Below are positions 37,860-50,011 of a DNA stretch of 64,000 nt, one piece after another (position 1 is the stretch's first letter; each line of letters opens with the position of its first letter). The position numbers were made by a program, and so were the translations under genes. Location of the stretch: contig JAYWIR010000043.1 of the NCBI GenBank assembly GCA_036172245.1, positions 1-64,000 of the forward strand. Direction: 5' to 3'. The DNA comes from Raillietiella orientalis. Its lineage: Eukaryota. Under the pieces are notes generated by a model. It was not told the DNA's origin, made no database searches, and worked only from the letters and a program-made list of their open reading frames with translations.

Positions 37860-40800
37860 AGAGAGGACGTGTTTCCTCGGTGCTCCTCGTGCCGGGAACC
37901 ATCCCTAGGTGTAGGCGTCGTGTGTGGTGGTGGTCGATCAGGCAGCAATGCCTGACACGACCACCAGTGCGTGTCAGGGAGGCGGTGTGTACGTCGCCTC
38001 CTGAAGAAATGGAGTGCCAGGTGGCGGCGGCAACGTCGCCTCTATAAAAGTTGGAGTGCCAGGAAGAGGCGGCAACGTCGCCTTCAGTAGCGAAGGAGGT
38101 GGAGGCGTCCGCCCCCACACAACCGGTCACCGTTGCAGCGCGGGCGTAAAGAGCTGTCGTGAAGGCGTAATCGCCTGCAGCCGAGGCGGAATTATCTGCC
38201 TCATGTAGAAGGGATGTATAAACCATCGCTATTCTACAAGGTAGAAAATTTGTATTCTTCTGAAAGTGCGCGCGTTTTTTCTAAGGGGATGCGCGCTCTC
38301 GATGTTAAAGAGGAGGAGCTTTGCGCTATGACCATTCGTAGCGTGAAGGAGTACGTAGAGGTGATCCGCAAACACGCAGATCTGACACAACGTCTGTTCA
38401 AAACCCCCGTGGTGATGGGGACACGCAGGCTCCTTCCCATTACGAAGGACCACAGTATAATGGTCCACCTTTTAGGAGATACCGCGCTGATGCGGAAAGA
38501 ACAATTACGCGCCGAGTAGGGAAAAGAAAGCACGGTCCATGCAGTATGGACCAAGCCTAGTCCTTTCGAGGACTATACCACAGTTCAGTACAACCTCACG
38601 GCTGCCAGTGTAACCGTTCTGGAGGGCTCTACCCTTTCCCGCAAACTGGTGGTCGGCGGAGAAAGCGTCGACCTCTGGTACATGGGGAAACCCAAATACT
38701 TTGGCTTCTGCAACACGTCGGGACACCTCAAAAGGAGGTGCCTCAACGTATGGTGCCAGGTATGCGGGACAATGAACCACACGAGAAAAGTGATCCCACA
38801 ATCCGCTGTGCGAGTGGTTTCCGCGATGAACCTAAAAAAACGCGCGCCTGCTACACCAAAGGCTGGCGGCGAAGGCTGCCGCTCCAGCTGTGCCACCCAC
38901 GCCCGTGATCCAGGCCGCAGCCGACACCCCGACAACGAATGCCTAAAACATCGACAAGAGCGATCAGGTGCCGGAATGGCAAGAAGCCACAGCGAAAAAC
39001 AAAAAGTCGAAGAAAGAACGACGAATTGAAAAAAAGCTCGCCTACCAAAATAAAAAACAGCAGGTTAGCGAGAATTTAAAAGAATGCAGCGTCGTCGTGG
39101 AACGCGTTCCCGCCGAACGCCGCAAAGTAGAAATCGCTGCTACCGACGAGCAACCCACTGCTGAAAATGTCAACAGCGTGAGGAGCGAACCGGCGGAAGC
39201 GTCCGTCATCGAGATCGTGATCGATGACGCCGCCTTCAAGCGTGCCGCGGAGAAGCTGGCTGCATCCTTGCAGCCATGCCCCTCCAGGGCAAGTCCCCTG
39301 CTCTTCAGCACCTACTCTAAGTTGGTGCTGAGAGCGTACAGGGTGACTTTAGCCCCCTTGTCGAGCTCGTACCCCGGCACGCCCGCCGTAGCAGCCTATG
39401 CCGACGACCTTCTGCTCCTGTTACCTATGTCCACCCCAGCAAAGGCGGTCGGAGACTTCTTCGATCTGCTCCGCTGTGGGACCGGACTGCAGGTCAACAG
39501 GGCGAAGTCGTCGGTGGTGCCACTAGGTGCGGCGTGAGTAGGGCAGCAGGACTGCATCCGTCTGGGGATCCCCACGGCGAGGTTCCTCAAGTACCTTGGT
39601 GTGCCGTTGGTGGACTACTTCCCTACGGAAGCGTGGTTCAGCTGCCTTTAAAAAGTTGAGACGGCGATCGGTCCGTTCCTGGAAGGCAAGTTTCACTTGC
39701 CGGAACGGGCCGCGGTTTGGAACGCTTTTGCGGCCTCCATTCTCCGCCCCTTGCTTTTTGTTTGCCATGCCCCCAGAGAATGCAAAAAGAATACAAAGGA
39801 CATCCTCCGCATAGCCCTTTGGGGCGAAGGGAGGCCCCGAGTCCCTCCGAAGGACTTGTGCGCTCCTCGTCGGGACGGCGTTCTTGGCCTCCTGACGCTG
39901 GAGCGCGTTGAAATCCAGATGCGGTGGCGCACCTACGCCATCGCTGCGAAGATGTGGAGTACCGCTTGGTGCGTTCGGGCTCGCCTCCCGGCCAGGCGTG
40001 TGTCCCGCTGCGAAGGACTCGCATCGTTTCCTCTGTGCCCTGACCGGAAGATTCGAAGAAGCGGTCTACTGCTCGGCCGCATGGCAACCCTGGCAAAAGA
40101 GAACTGGATGGTTTGTGGCCCCGCCAACTCCTCCGCTTTGCTAGAGGAGACTGCTGGCACCTGGGCCAAGCACTACCAGAGGTGCGAAGAACGGATGGAC
40201 TGCCTGCGAGTCGGCTTTTGCGCCCGCCAAAGTCTGCGTGAAATTCTTGAATTTCCAACGAGTTGCACGTGGGCGGAAGGCACACCCCTTGTTACGGCGA
40301 TGCCCTTCCTACAAAGGGCGTTTCACGAAAGCCGGAAGCCAAGGTGGCAAGTCTGCTGCCGTATCGCAGGCAGAGAGAAGATGATGAGCGGCTGGACCAT
40401 GGGAGAGTTGACAGATGCCACGACCCCTAGTCTCCAGCCGCGTGGATTAAGAAGATGGGGCGAGCCGCTCGCCATTCGATTGGATGAATTGAAGTGGTCC
40501 CCGGTTTTACTTGGATCCAGGCATCTTCCCCTGAAGTGGCAAGAATCCGCGCTTCTGTGGCTGCATTGGGGTCTACCTGCAACGCGCGCCGCTTTCACTG
40601 GACGCGGGGAAGAGTAAATCCTGCGTGTGCCAGGTGTCGTGAGCGGGAGTCGCTCTTTCACCTCTTAGTTGAATGCCCTGCCGTCCGGATTCTTTGGTAT
40701 CGTCTTAAAACGGCACTTGGGATACCGAATGGTGGCAACGTTGAATGTGTTTACAGTCTTGTCTTCGTGCGGGACGCCCTCAGTACAGCCGCTGCCCTGG

Positions 40801-41215
40801 CAGCACTTTGCTGCATTCGTGCTATCGTGGCGGCCTGGAGTGATGCCGAAGATGAAGACTGCATCGTGAGGGACGTCATCGAGTATGCTTCTCGCTTCCT
40901 GCAGAGAGCTACTTGATGGTGCCATGTAGGAAAATTGAAAATGGAACTAGAAGGCATCCTGCAAAGAATGGGCACTCCCAGCAGTTTTCTGTGATCCCTT
41001 CCCGGCCCTCCGAACTCCTTTTGTTGTTTGTTTTTTTCTTTTTATTTTATTTTTGTTTTCTCCCCCATCCCCCTCTACTGCCGAGTAGAGCCACACCGGG
41101 CTGCGTCCCAATGTTCCGGCAGTTCTGGTATTGCGTGGCCGTCAGTGAGGCCTTGTACCACGTTCTGTATTGACTGTAGAAATGTTTTTAATAAAGATCC
41201 CGGCTTATCCGGTTT
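37860..41215 (+). mobile_element. L1/Tx1 element with 5' end and ORF1 joined at about 39290 to the RT C-terminal half (internal deletion or chimera)
   Basis: GGACGTG at 37865, knuckle CNTSGHLKRRC, an abrupt switch to SPLLFSTY...YADD, CARCRERESLFHLLVEC, and AATAAA plus hairpin at 41190-41212. Confidence 0.82.
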
Positions 41216-41219
41216 GCAT

Positions 41220-41460
41220 CACCGGATGGGCCCTCCTCACAGCGAATAGTGATCCCTTCCCGGCCCTCCAACTTTTTTTTGTTTGTTTATTTTTTATTTT
41301 TCTTTTTGTTTCATCCCCCTTTCTCTTCGCTGCTAAGGAACGCTACGCTGGGCTGCGTCCCGGCGTCCCGGCAGGTCCAGTGCATCTGGTCGTGAGCGGG
41401 GTCTTGTACCGCGGATGTGGAGTTTTAACAATAAACGCCCCAGGCGTACCCGGGTGTAAA
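41220..41460 (+). mobile_element. Short 3'-end fragment of family D
   Basis: Shares ctcacagcgaatagtgatcccttcc with 8715-8739. AATAAA plus terminal motif at 41430-41460. Confidence 0.75.
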
Positions 41461-41476
41461 CCTCCAAGGCAAGTTG

Positions 41477-42225
41477 GAGGACGTGTTTTTTTTTCACTCC
41501 CAAAAGAGTCGTAGGAAAGCGCCTTTTCTTTTGTGTGGTGTTGTTTGTACATCGTCGGTGTCCAATGGCCACGATGCCAGAGGAAACCGCGATGGAGGTA
41601 GGCGTGGGGGGAACCTAGTTCGCCCCCACAGCCTACTGGAGCAGGGGCAGCGGTACCGGAACCATCCCCGGCCACGCCGGGGACATGGAGCGCCATGGTG
41701 GACGCGCCCAGCGCGGAAGCCATGGCGGAGATGGCCGCATACAAGGCCTCAGGGTACAAGTCTTCGCTTGTGTACCAGATAGGCAACTTGTTCGACGGTC
41801 GGACAGCGCGCGCCTTTAGCAAAGCTTTGAAAGACGCGAACGTCATGGAGAAGGATCTGGACGGCCTCTCCGTCCTCAGCGGCGTGCAGCATGTCGAGGT
41901 GGTCTGCAAAGACGACACCTTGGTTCACCGCCTAATCCATGCGCCGCTGAACGTAGACGGCCGCAAGATCCTGCCTGTGTCAATGGACCACTTTGTGGTG
42001 GTCCACCGGACTGGCATCACCAGCCGCATGAAGCGGTCAGCGGTTGGTGACGAACTACGTAAGTTCGGTGAGGTGCACGCACTGTGGCCGAAACCCACCA
42101 TTTTTGACGGGTTCGATAGCATTTCTAGTGGTCAGGCTGCAGCGCGGGTAACCGTGAAGGAGAATTGTTGGCTTCACCAAAAACTACAGGTGGCACAAGA
42201 AAACGTTGACCTGTGGTATGTAGAG
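41477..42225 (+). mobile_element. 5' end and N-terminal ORF1 of an E-like element, interrupted at DLWYV
   Basis: GGACGTG at 41479. ORF 41695-42225 is homologous to 47711 onward. Confidence 0.85.
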
Positions 42226-45198
42226 TTTTTCACCCGGGTAAGCCGGGGCTTTTATTACTAAAATTCTGACATTACAAAATTTCGTAATAATGTCTTTGTT
42301 GTTAAAAAAAAGAAACTTTCTTTTTCGGACGTCAGACGTTCATTGAAGTTCAATAGCACTTGTCTTTACGGACCCGGAGGCTGATAAAGTCCTTCACTGG
42401 CGACGGGACGGGGAAAATAAACAGAAAACAAAACAAAAAAAGAAGAACGTCTGGAGGGCAATGTTTTTGAGGAGCGGGAGAGAGGGAGGGGATCACGGTA
42501 CGCCGTGAGCAGGCCTTTGCATCCGGTTTCGGATGCGAACAAGTGCCGGCAAATGTTTTTGAAGTCAGCGCCAACGGCACGCTTTCTCCAAGGAGATCGC
42601 TGCCCAGTGGATGGCATTCCGGCTAGTCCTTCCTCTCCTAGACGCGGTCCACTTCTCCAGGATACCGCGTATGCAGCAGAGCACTGCTACGCTCCCGGAG
42701 GCTGGCAAGCCGTCTCGCGTCAGAAGGCGTCTGAATAAATTTTTCGGGTCACCCTCCGGAATGTTCAGGATCGACAAGAGTCTGTCCCACATTTCGTGGA
42801 GGGCAACAAACTCCTGAATCAAGTCGGGGAAGGTCTCCCTTTCCCCGCACTCTCCACAACTAGCATCCACATTCCCTGATGTACAGCGCGACAGGCGTGC
42901 TCTGCTTAAAAGTCCCCAGTGGAGCAGAAGCAACGCCGTCTCCTGCCACTGCAGGGGAAGGGTGCCGTTGTCCCATGACGCTGGAGTCCACTTCACCTCC
43001 TCCGGAGTTATACCGAGCAGCGCGCCCCAGAGTCAAAGTCCGTTCGGCGGGACACTCGGGGTACTAGCGTCCGTTAGTTCCCTCGGCGTCCACGCCTTCA
43101 GTGAATTTTTCCTGCCTCCGATGAGGCAGGACACTTCCCACGATGCCTGTTAGTGGCTGTCCCGAACTTCCCTGAGGGAGGCCAGCACTGGGGCAAGGGA
43201 AGTGAAGGAAGCCCACAGAAGTTTCCGTGGGTTGGAAACGATCTCCTGGAGTGGCTGACCAGCGTGCCTCCCTCTGCGGAGGCAGGAGAAGTCCTCATCG
43301 CTGATGCCATTGATCTTCGCCCATGCGAAAACGGACTCTTGAAGCCAGGTAGTCCAGTCCGCTGGGATGCAGAAGATCTAAGGGTTGTCTCTCATCAGAG
43401 CAACCAAATCCCTCAGCTGATAACCACAATGGTTCAGGCTGCGTTCGTTAGCTACCAGGATTGAAGTCAATCCGAAGCAGCCGGTTGCCCTGTGAGCAAG
43501 GAGTCTTGCTGGTGCACACCAGGGTGCTGTCCAAAACTTTGCCACAAGGGCAAGTTTTCTGAATTGGAGCTGTCGCTCCATGCGCTCCAACGTCAGGAGA
43601 ACAAGTCCACCGTCCCTGCGTGGAGCGCACAAGTCTTTGAGCCGGAAGCGAAGCCTCCGGTTGCCCCAGAGGGCTTTCCGTATAAGGCCCCTAGTCCGTG
43701 TCCTAATTTGACACGGGGTAGGGCACACAGAAAGTAGGAAGCGAAGGAGGGGGGCCGCAAAAGCGTTCCATACCGTGGCCCGTTCCCGCAAGTGAAACTT
43801 GCCGTCCCGGAACGGGCCGATCGCCGGCTACACCTTTTGTAGACGGTCGGACCAGGCTTCTGCAGAGCAGAAGTCCCCCAACGGAACGCCAAGGTACTTG
43901 ATGTACCTGCCCGCGGGGATCCCCAACCGGATCCAGTCCGACCGTCCGGCCCTCGTCGAGTAAGTGAAAAGCAACGACGACTTCGTCCTATTTACATGTA
44001 AGCCCGTCCCACGGTTCAGCAACTCAAAAAAAAACCTCGAGCGCCTATGCCGGGGTGGACCCGGGAAGCAGGATCAGAAGATCGTCCGCGTATGCCGAAA
44101 CCGCAGGCGTACTGGGACAATCGCGCGGCAGGTGCGCCAGAGTCTCCCTGTACGCTCTCAGCACCAATTCGAAATAGGCGCTAAAGAGCATGGGGCTCAG
44201 GCTGTCTCCCTGCCGTATGCCGCCTCGCACCGGTACTCCGTGCATGGTTTGCCCGCTAAAAAGAACATTAATTAGCACCAGCTGGAGCGCAGGTAGGCCA
44301 ACAAAGAGGCCGGGAAGTCCAAGCGTTCCAGAAGCTCCAGTAGGAGATTCTGGTCGACGCTGTCAAATGCTTTACGCAAGTCGACAGCGACCGCAAGGGC
44401 TCCCTTCCCCACCCTATTGTTTCGTCTCATGCCAATGGAAGCACCGGAATTCTGGCTGCTCAATAAGCCCCTTCCTTTTTGGAGCTGTAACCATGTGGAA
44501 GCGTGGAACAGGTTCGCCTCCATGCTTCGACCGGGAACAGCAAAAGTCTGTTCTGGGCAGATGAAGATGTTGGCGACCCGTCCCAGGCGCTCTGCCCACA
44601 TCTTGGCTATCAACTTGGCGTCCGCATTCACTATTGTGATGGGACGCGCATTGTTCATGCTCCTTAGGTCTCCTCCCTTCGGGAGGAGCCGCACCTTTGC
44701 TGAACGAAACGAGGTGGGAACGTCACCTGTCTTGCGAATCAGCAAGGTGACCTGATGTACCAGGGGGGTAAGCTCTGTCGCAAAGTTTTGTAAAACTTCG
44801 CGGGCAGGCCGTCCTCCCCTGGAGCCTTCCGCCTCTTGAGCTTTCCGTTGGCTGAGATGATCTCGTCCATCGTGAAAGGCTCGTCAACGCTCGTTTTCTC
44901 CTTTTCCCCGATCACTGGAGCACCTTCCGGAAGCAGAAGTCGTGAGACTTCTCGCTCCGGAGGCGCTCTGGCGTACAGGGAGGAGTAAAATTTCTTGATA
45001 ATCTCGCGCTTCTGAGCAGGAGCCTAGTGCTCCCGGCCCTGGTCGTCCAGAAAGCTGGCGGACACGGATTGCCAGGCTTGCCTCTCGGGTCCCGCTCAAT
45101 ACTCTGCTAACCTGCGCACAACGGGGGTTCTCGTAACGTCAGGCCTGAAGATAGCACCTTTTGTTACGCAGCCCCTTCCCAACTCTCTCTTCTCAGAA
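42226..45198 (-). mobile_element. Family C element: ORF2 from the linker to the 3' end, frameshifted
   Basis: DLRKAFD, QGDSLSP, YADD, KYLGVPLG and CGECGE. Terminal AATAAAAGCCCCGGCTTACCCGGGTGAAAAA. Confidence 0.88.
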
Positions 45199-47231
45199 GC
45201 GGACGTCTTTTTCCGGCGCTCCCGTACGAGTACCGGAAAGCAAGTTTTCTTGGTTTAGTATGCGTTGTTTCACATCGTTGGTGTTCCATGGCAGCGATGC
45301 CAGAGGACAACACGATGGAAGTAGGAGTGAGGGAGGCTAGCCCCCCTCACGACCTACAGAATCAGGGGCATCCGCCCCGAAAACATCCCCGGCAACGCCG
45401 AGGACGTGCAGCGCCATATTGGCCGCGCCGAGCGCGGAAACCTTGGCGGTGCAAGCGGCCTACAGGGCCTCAGGATATAAACCAACTCTGGTTTATAAGG
45501 CAGGACCCCAGTTTGATGGTCGCACCGCCCGGGCCTTCAGTGAGGCACTACAGGACTTTCCTGTGAGAGAAGAGAAACTTGACGCCCTCCCCGTACTCAG
45601 CGGGGGGCAGCGCGTGGAGGTCGACTGCAAAGACGTAACCTCAGCACAGCGCCTTATGAACACCCCGCTGAATATGGATGGCCGAAAAAACCTACCGGTT
45701 AAGCATGGACCGCTCCATAGTGGTCCATCTAACCGGCATTACAAACCGCATGACGCGATCTGCGGTGAGTAATGAATTAAACAAATACGGTGAGATACAC
45801 GCGTTTTGGCCTAAGCCTACCATTTTCGAAGGCTTTCATAGCCATTTCGGAGGCCAGGCTGCAGCGCGTGTAACGGGTAATGAGGGCAGTGGCTTGCCCC
45901 ACAAACTGGAGGTCGCAAAGAAATCCGTCGACCTCTGGTACGTAGGGAAACCCCGCTATTGTGGCTACTGCGATGCAGTAGGGCACTTGCGCAAGCGGTG
46001 CCCGAATATCGAGTGCCACTTGTGCGGGGTTAAGAAACACGTTCGTCGTGTGTGCCCCAAACGCCCCACCCCGCTGCCACCTGCTATCAAAAAGGCACAG
46101 GCTAAGAAAGGAAATAAGGACGAAAGACCTTATCGCGAAACTGGCCGGCCCAAGCCGCCATCTCCTGTTCCTCCCACTCAGGCGTCGGAGAAAAAACCCG
46201 CTGAAGACGCGGGAGAGCAAGAAAGATGGAAACTGGTAAAGGCCAAAAAAGAGAAAAAAGTTCCCCCTGTGGCACCCGCGAGAGCAAAGAAACTAAAGAG
46301 CACGAAACCGAAAAAACCCGGTCCGCGCTGGAAAACTTTTCGCGAGTGCACGGTGGCACTCGAACGGATTGCCGTTCCCGAGGCTGCCACCCGGGGCGAC
46401 GAGCATCCCCTCGCCGTTTCCGCCGCGTCCGAGGTTCGTCAAGACGAACCCTGTGTTTGCACATAGCATGAGCCGCGCGAAGCGCGCGCCAAAAGCGAGG
46501 CCGCCGCGTTCGCGCAAGCGGAGGAGGAGCTCGCGTCCACCCTGGCCGAGCGTGAGAACCCCTCGCGCAAGTCCGTGCGAAGGCCGGCTCTGCCGAAGAA
46601 GGCCCCCCGCAGGTGAGTTGGACCTGATGGCCGGAAGCAAATCCTCTCCCTCGGAGGCACCCCCCAGGAAGTCGCGACGCAAGTCCCAGAAACCCAGGAG
46701 GAGCCTCCCCTCCACAAGCGAGAAGGAGAAGCAGGAAGCCCACGGCAGCGTGGGAATCCCGGAGGGGGAACTCCCACGCGCGGAAGTCGTCGAGTATGCC
46801 ACCCTCATGGAGGAGGATGAGCAGGGGGGCGCAGTCCTCCTTGCCGGCGCGGACCCTGTACAGCCCACCCCTATGGAGGAGGGCCAACAGGTAGGCGCGA
46901 CCCCACCGGAGGGTGACCCGCCCGACGCGCCGTCACCGAAGGAGCAGGGGGACCAGGTGCACGAGGCACCTGTCCCTCCTGCTCCACCTAGCGTCTTACC
47001 CAAACAGGTGGCGGACGCCGCAGAGCCGATTTCCCAGGAATAACACCTGGGCTCGCCTTTCGCCGTCGAATCCGCGTGGCCAGTTGGAACGTCAACGGGC
47101 TGCGCGACGACGGCAACAGACGAGATACGGCAGACACCCTGCGCGAGTTTGACCTCACTCTGCTGCAGGAGATCCATGTGATCACCTCGTCAGACGTCCA
47201 GGAGATCGAGACGATCGCTAAGGGTCGACTG
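45199..47231 (+). mobile_element. Family E element, copy 1: frameshifted ORF1 and APE N-terminus
   Basis: Knuckles CGYCDAVGHLRKRC and CHLCGVKKHVRRVC, then WNVNGL...LLQEIH. Confidence 0.88.
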
Positions 47232-47621
47232 TTTATCACTCGGGTGAAACGAAGCGTTTATTGTAAACTATCTGGGAACAGGGTTCCTGGACAAAGGGGA
47301 AAACAAGAGTCCAAGGGCGTGGGATACCCGACACGCAGGTCGGTATGCCAAAAGTCCTGAACGGGAGGGAAGGGACCGCAAATACACTACTATAAAAAAA
47401 TAAAAGAAAAATATGGAGGGCAGGGGAAAGGGATCTTTGATGAGTCCGTTCCTACCTTTCAAATCCGGCAATGGATGCCGGCGATCTCTCTCCTTACGCC
47501 CTGTGGCAGATGGGCCCACTCGGCAGCCGACGACATGGTTTTGCTGGCTAATCCGGTGAGCTGACGGAAGATGGCAGATAGGATCTGCTGTTCGCGACAA
47601 CCTCCCGGAATCCCTTGGCGA
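47232..47621 (-). mobile_element. Internally deleted element: linker stub joined to ORF2 C-terminus and 3' end
   Basis: KGFREVVANSR, then AHLPQGVRREIAGIHCRI*, then AATAAA...GTGATAAA. Confidence 0.7.
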
Positions 47622-49931
47622 GCGGACGGGCTTTTCCTGAGCTCCCGATCAAGTCGACAAAAAGCGGTTTTTTCTGTGTGTTTTGTTGTGCGAAACATGG
47701 TTGGTGTCCGATGGCAGCGATGCCTGAGGACGCCACGATGGAGGTAGGTGTGGGGGAGGCTCGCTCACCCTCACAGCCTGCAGAATCAGGGGCGTCCTCC
47801 CCGGAATCATCCCCAGCGACGACAAGGACGTGGGACGCCATGGTTTCCGCGCCGAGCGTGGAAACCTTAGCAGAGCAAGAGGCCTACAGGGCCTTAGGAT
47901 ATAAACCATTTCTAGTTTATAAGGTAGGACCCCTGTTTGATGGTCGCACCGCCCGGGCATTTAGTAGGGCACTGCGAGATTTCCCTGTACGAGAGGAGGA
48001 TATTGACGGCCTCTCCGTACTCAGCAAGGGGCAACGCGTGGTGGTCGTCTGCAAAGACATAGCCTTAGCACAGCGCCTCATTAAAACCCCGCTGAATGTG
48101 GATGGCAAGCAGATCCTGCAGGTTAGCATGGACCGCTCCGTAGTGGTCCATCTAAGCGGCATTACGAACAGCATGAAGCGATCTGCGGTGAGTAATGAAT
48201 TAAACAAATACGGTGAGATACACGCGTTGTGGCCAAAGCCTACCATTTTCGAAGGCTTTAATAGCTATTTTGGAGGCCAGGCTGCAGCGCGTGTAACGGT
48301 TAATGAGGGCAGTAACTTGCCCCACAAACTGGAGGTCGCAAAAGAATCCGTCGACCTCTGGTACGTGGGGAAACACCGCTATTGTAGCTACTGCGATGCA
48401 GTAGGGCACTTGCGTAAGCGGTGCCCGAATATCGAGTGCAACTTGTGCGGGATTAAGGGACACGTTCGTCGTGTGTGCCTCAAACGCCCCACCCCGGTGC
48501 CACCTGCTGCCAAAAAGGCACAGGCTAAAAAAGGAAAAAAGGTCGAAAGACCTCATCGCGAAACTCGCCGGCCCCAGCCGCCATCTCCTGTTCCTCCCAC
48601 CCAGGCGTCGGAGGAAAAACCCGCTGAAGACGCGGGAGAGGAAGAAGGATGGAAGCTGGTAAAGGCCAGAAAAGAGAAAAAAGTTCCCCCCGTGGAACCC
48701 GCGAGAGCGAAGAGAGAAAAGAGCGCAAAACCGAATAAACCCGGTCCGCGCTCGAAAACTCTTCGCGAGTGCACGGTGACACTCGAACGGATTGCCGTCC
48801 CCGAGGCTGCCACCCGGGGCGACGAGCCTCCGCTCGCCGTTTCCGCCGCGCCCGAGGTTCGCGACGACGAACCCTCTGTTTGCACAGAGGGTGAGCCGCG
48901 CGAAACGTGCGCCGAAAGCGAGGACGCCGCGTTTGCGCAGGCGGCGGAGGAGCTCGCGGCCACGCTGGCCGAGCGTGAGAACCCCTCGCGCAAGGCCGTG
49001 CGAAGGCCGGCTCCGGCGAGGAAGGCCCACAAAGGTGAGTTAGACCTGGGGGCCGGAAGCACATCCTCCTCCTCGGAGGCACCCCCCAGGAAGTCGGGAC
49101 GCAAGTCCCAGAAGCCCAGGAGGCGCCTTTCCTCCACCAGCGAGGAGGAGAAGACGGAAGCCGTCGCCAGCGTGGGAAATTCGCAGGAGGAATTCCCACG
49201 CTCGGAAGCCGTCGATGCGGCCACCCCCATGGAGGAGGGTGAACAGGGGGGTTAAGTCCCCCCTGCAGGCGCCGACCCTGAACAGCCCGCCCCCATGGAG
49301 GAGGGCGAACAGGTAGGCGCGACTCCACCTGCGGGTGATCCGGCCGACGCGCCGGCACCGATGGAGGAGGGGGACCAGGTGTCTTCAGCACCTGACCCCC
49401 CTTCTCCACCTAGCGTCCCGCCCCAGCAGGTGGCGGACGCCGCACTGCCATGTTCCCAGGAGTAACACCTGGGCTCGCCAGTCGCCGTCGGATTCGCGCG
49501 GCCTGTTGGAATGTCAACGGGCTGCGCGACGACGGTAACAGGCGAGATACAGCTGACACCCTGCGGGAGTTCGACCTGGCCCTGTTGCAGGAGATCCACG
49601 TGATCACCGCGGCAGACGTCCAGGAGATCGAGACGATCGCGGGGGGTCGGCTATACTGGCAATGCGGCATCCGCAACACCTGCGGGGTCGCGTTCTTCGT
49701 GAAGCCGGCCATCGACGCTGCCGTGAAGGGCGTGCGCTACGATCACGACGGACGGGTCGGTCAGCTGACTCTCAGCTGGTCCGACTCGATCGATCTGATC
49801 GTCACGAATGTGTACGCCCCAACCGGTCAAAAGGGATACAGCAACCGTACCAGGCTGCTTGAATCCCTGAAGCACGTCTGGCTGGCGAACACGAGCGTGC
49901 GGAAGGCTCACCTGAAAGCGGGAGATTTCAA
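47622..49931 (+). mobile_element. Family E element, copy 2; host of the family A array
   Basis: ORF1 plus APE domain up to AGDFN, where family A begins. Confidence 0.9.
47711..49465 (+). pseudogene. ORF1 (zinc-knuckle nucleic-acid-binding protein) with a premature TAA at 49253-49255
   Basis: Two CX2CX4HX4C motifs. Copy 1 has GCA at the position of the stop. Confidence 0.82.
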
Positions 49932-49939
49932 TCGAGTGC

Positions 49940-49952
49940 GGACGTGTTTTTC
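49940..49952 (+). promoter_or_regulatory. 5' GGACGTG-T-tract motif, candidate internal promoter element
   Basis: Also at 37865, 41479, 45201, 55855 and 61756, always within about 10 bp of an element 5' end. Confidence 0.45.
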
Positions 49953-50011
49953 TTCGCTCTCGTCTCCGTGCTTTCATCCGCTTCATCTTGGCGTCGTACA
50001 TTTTGACGACG

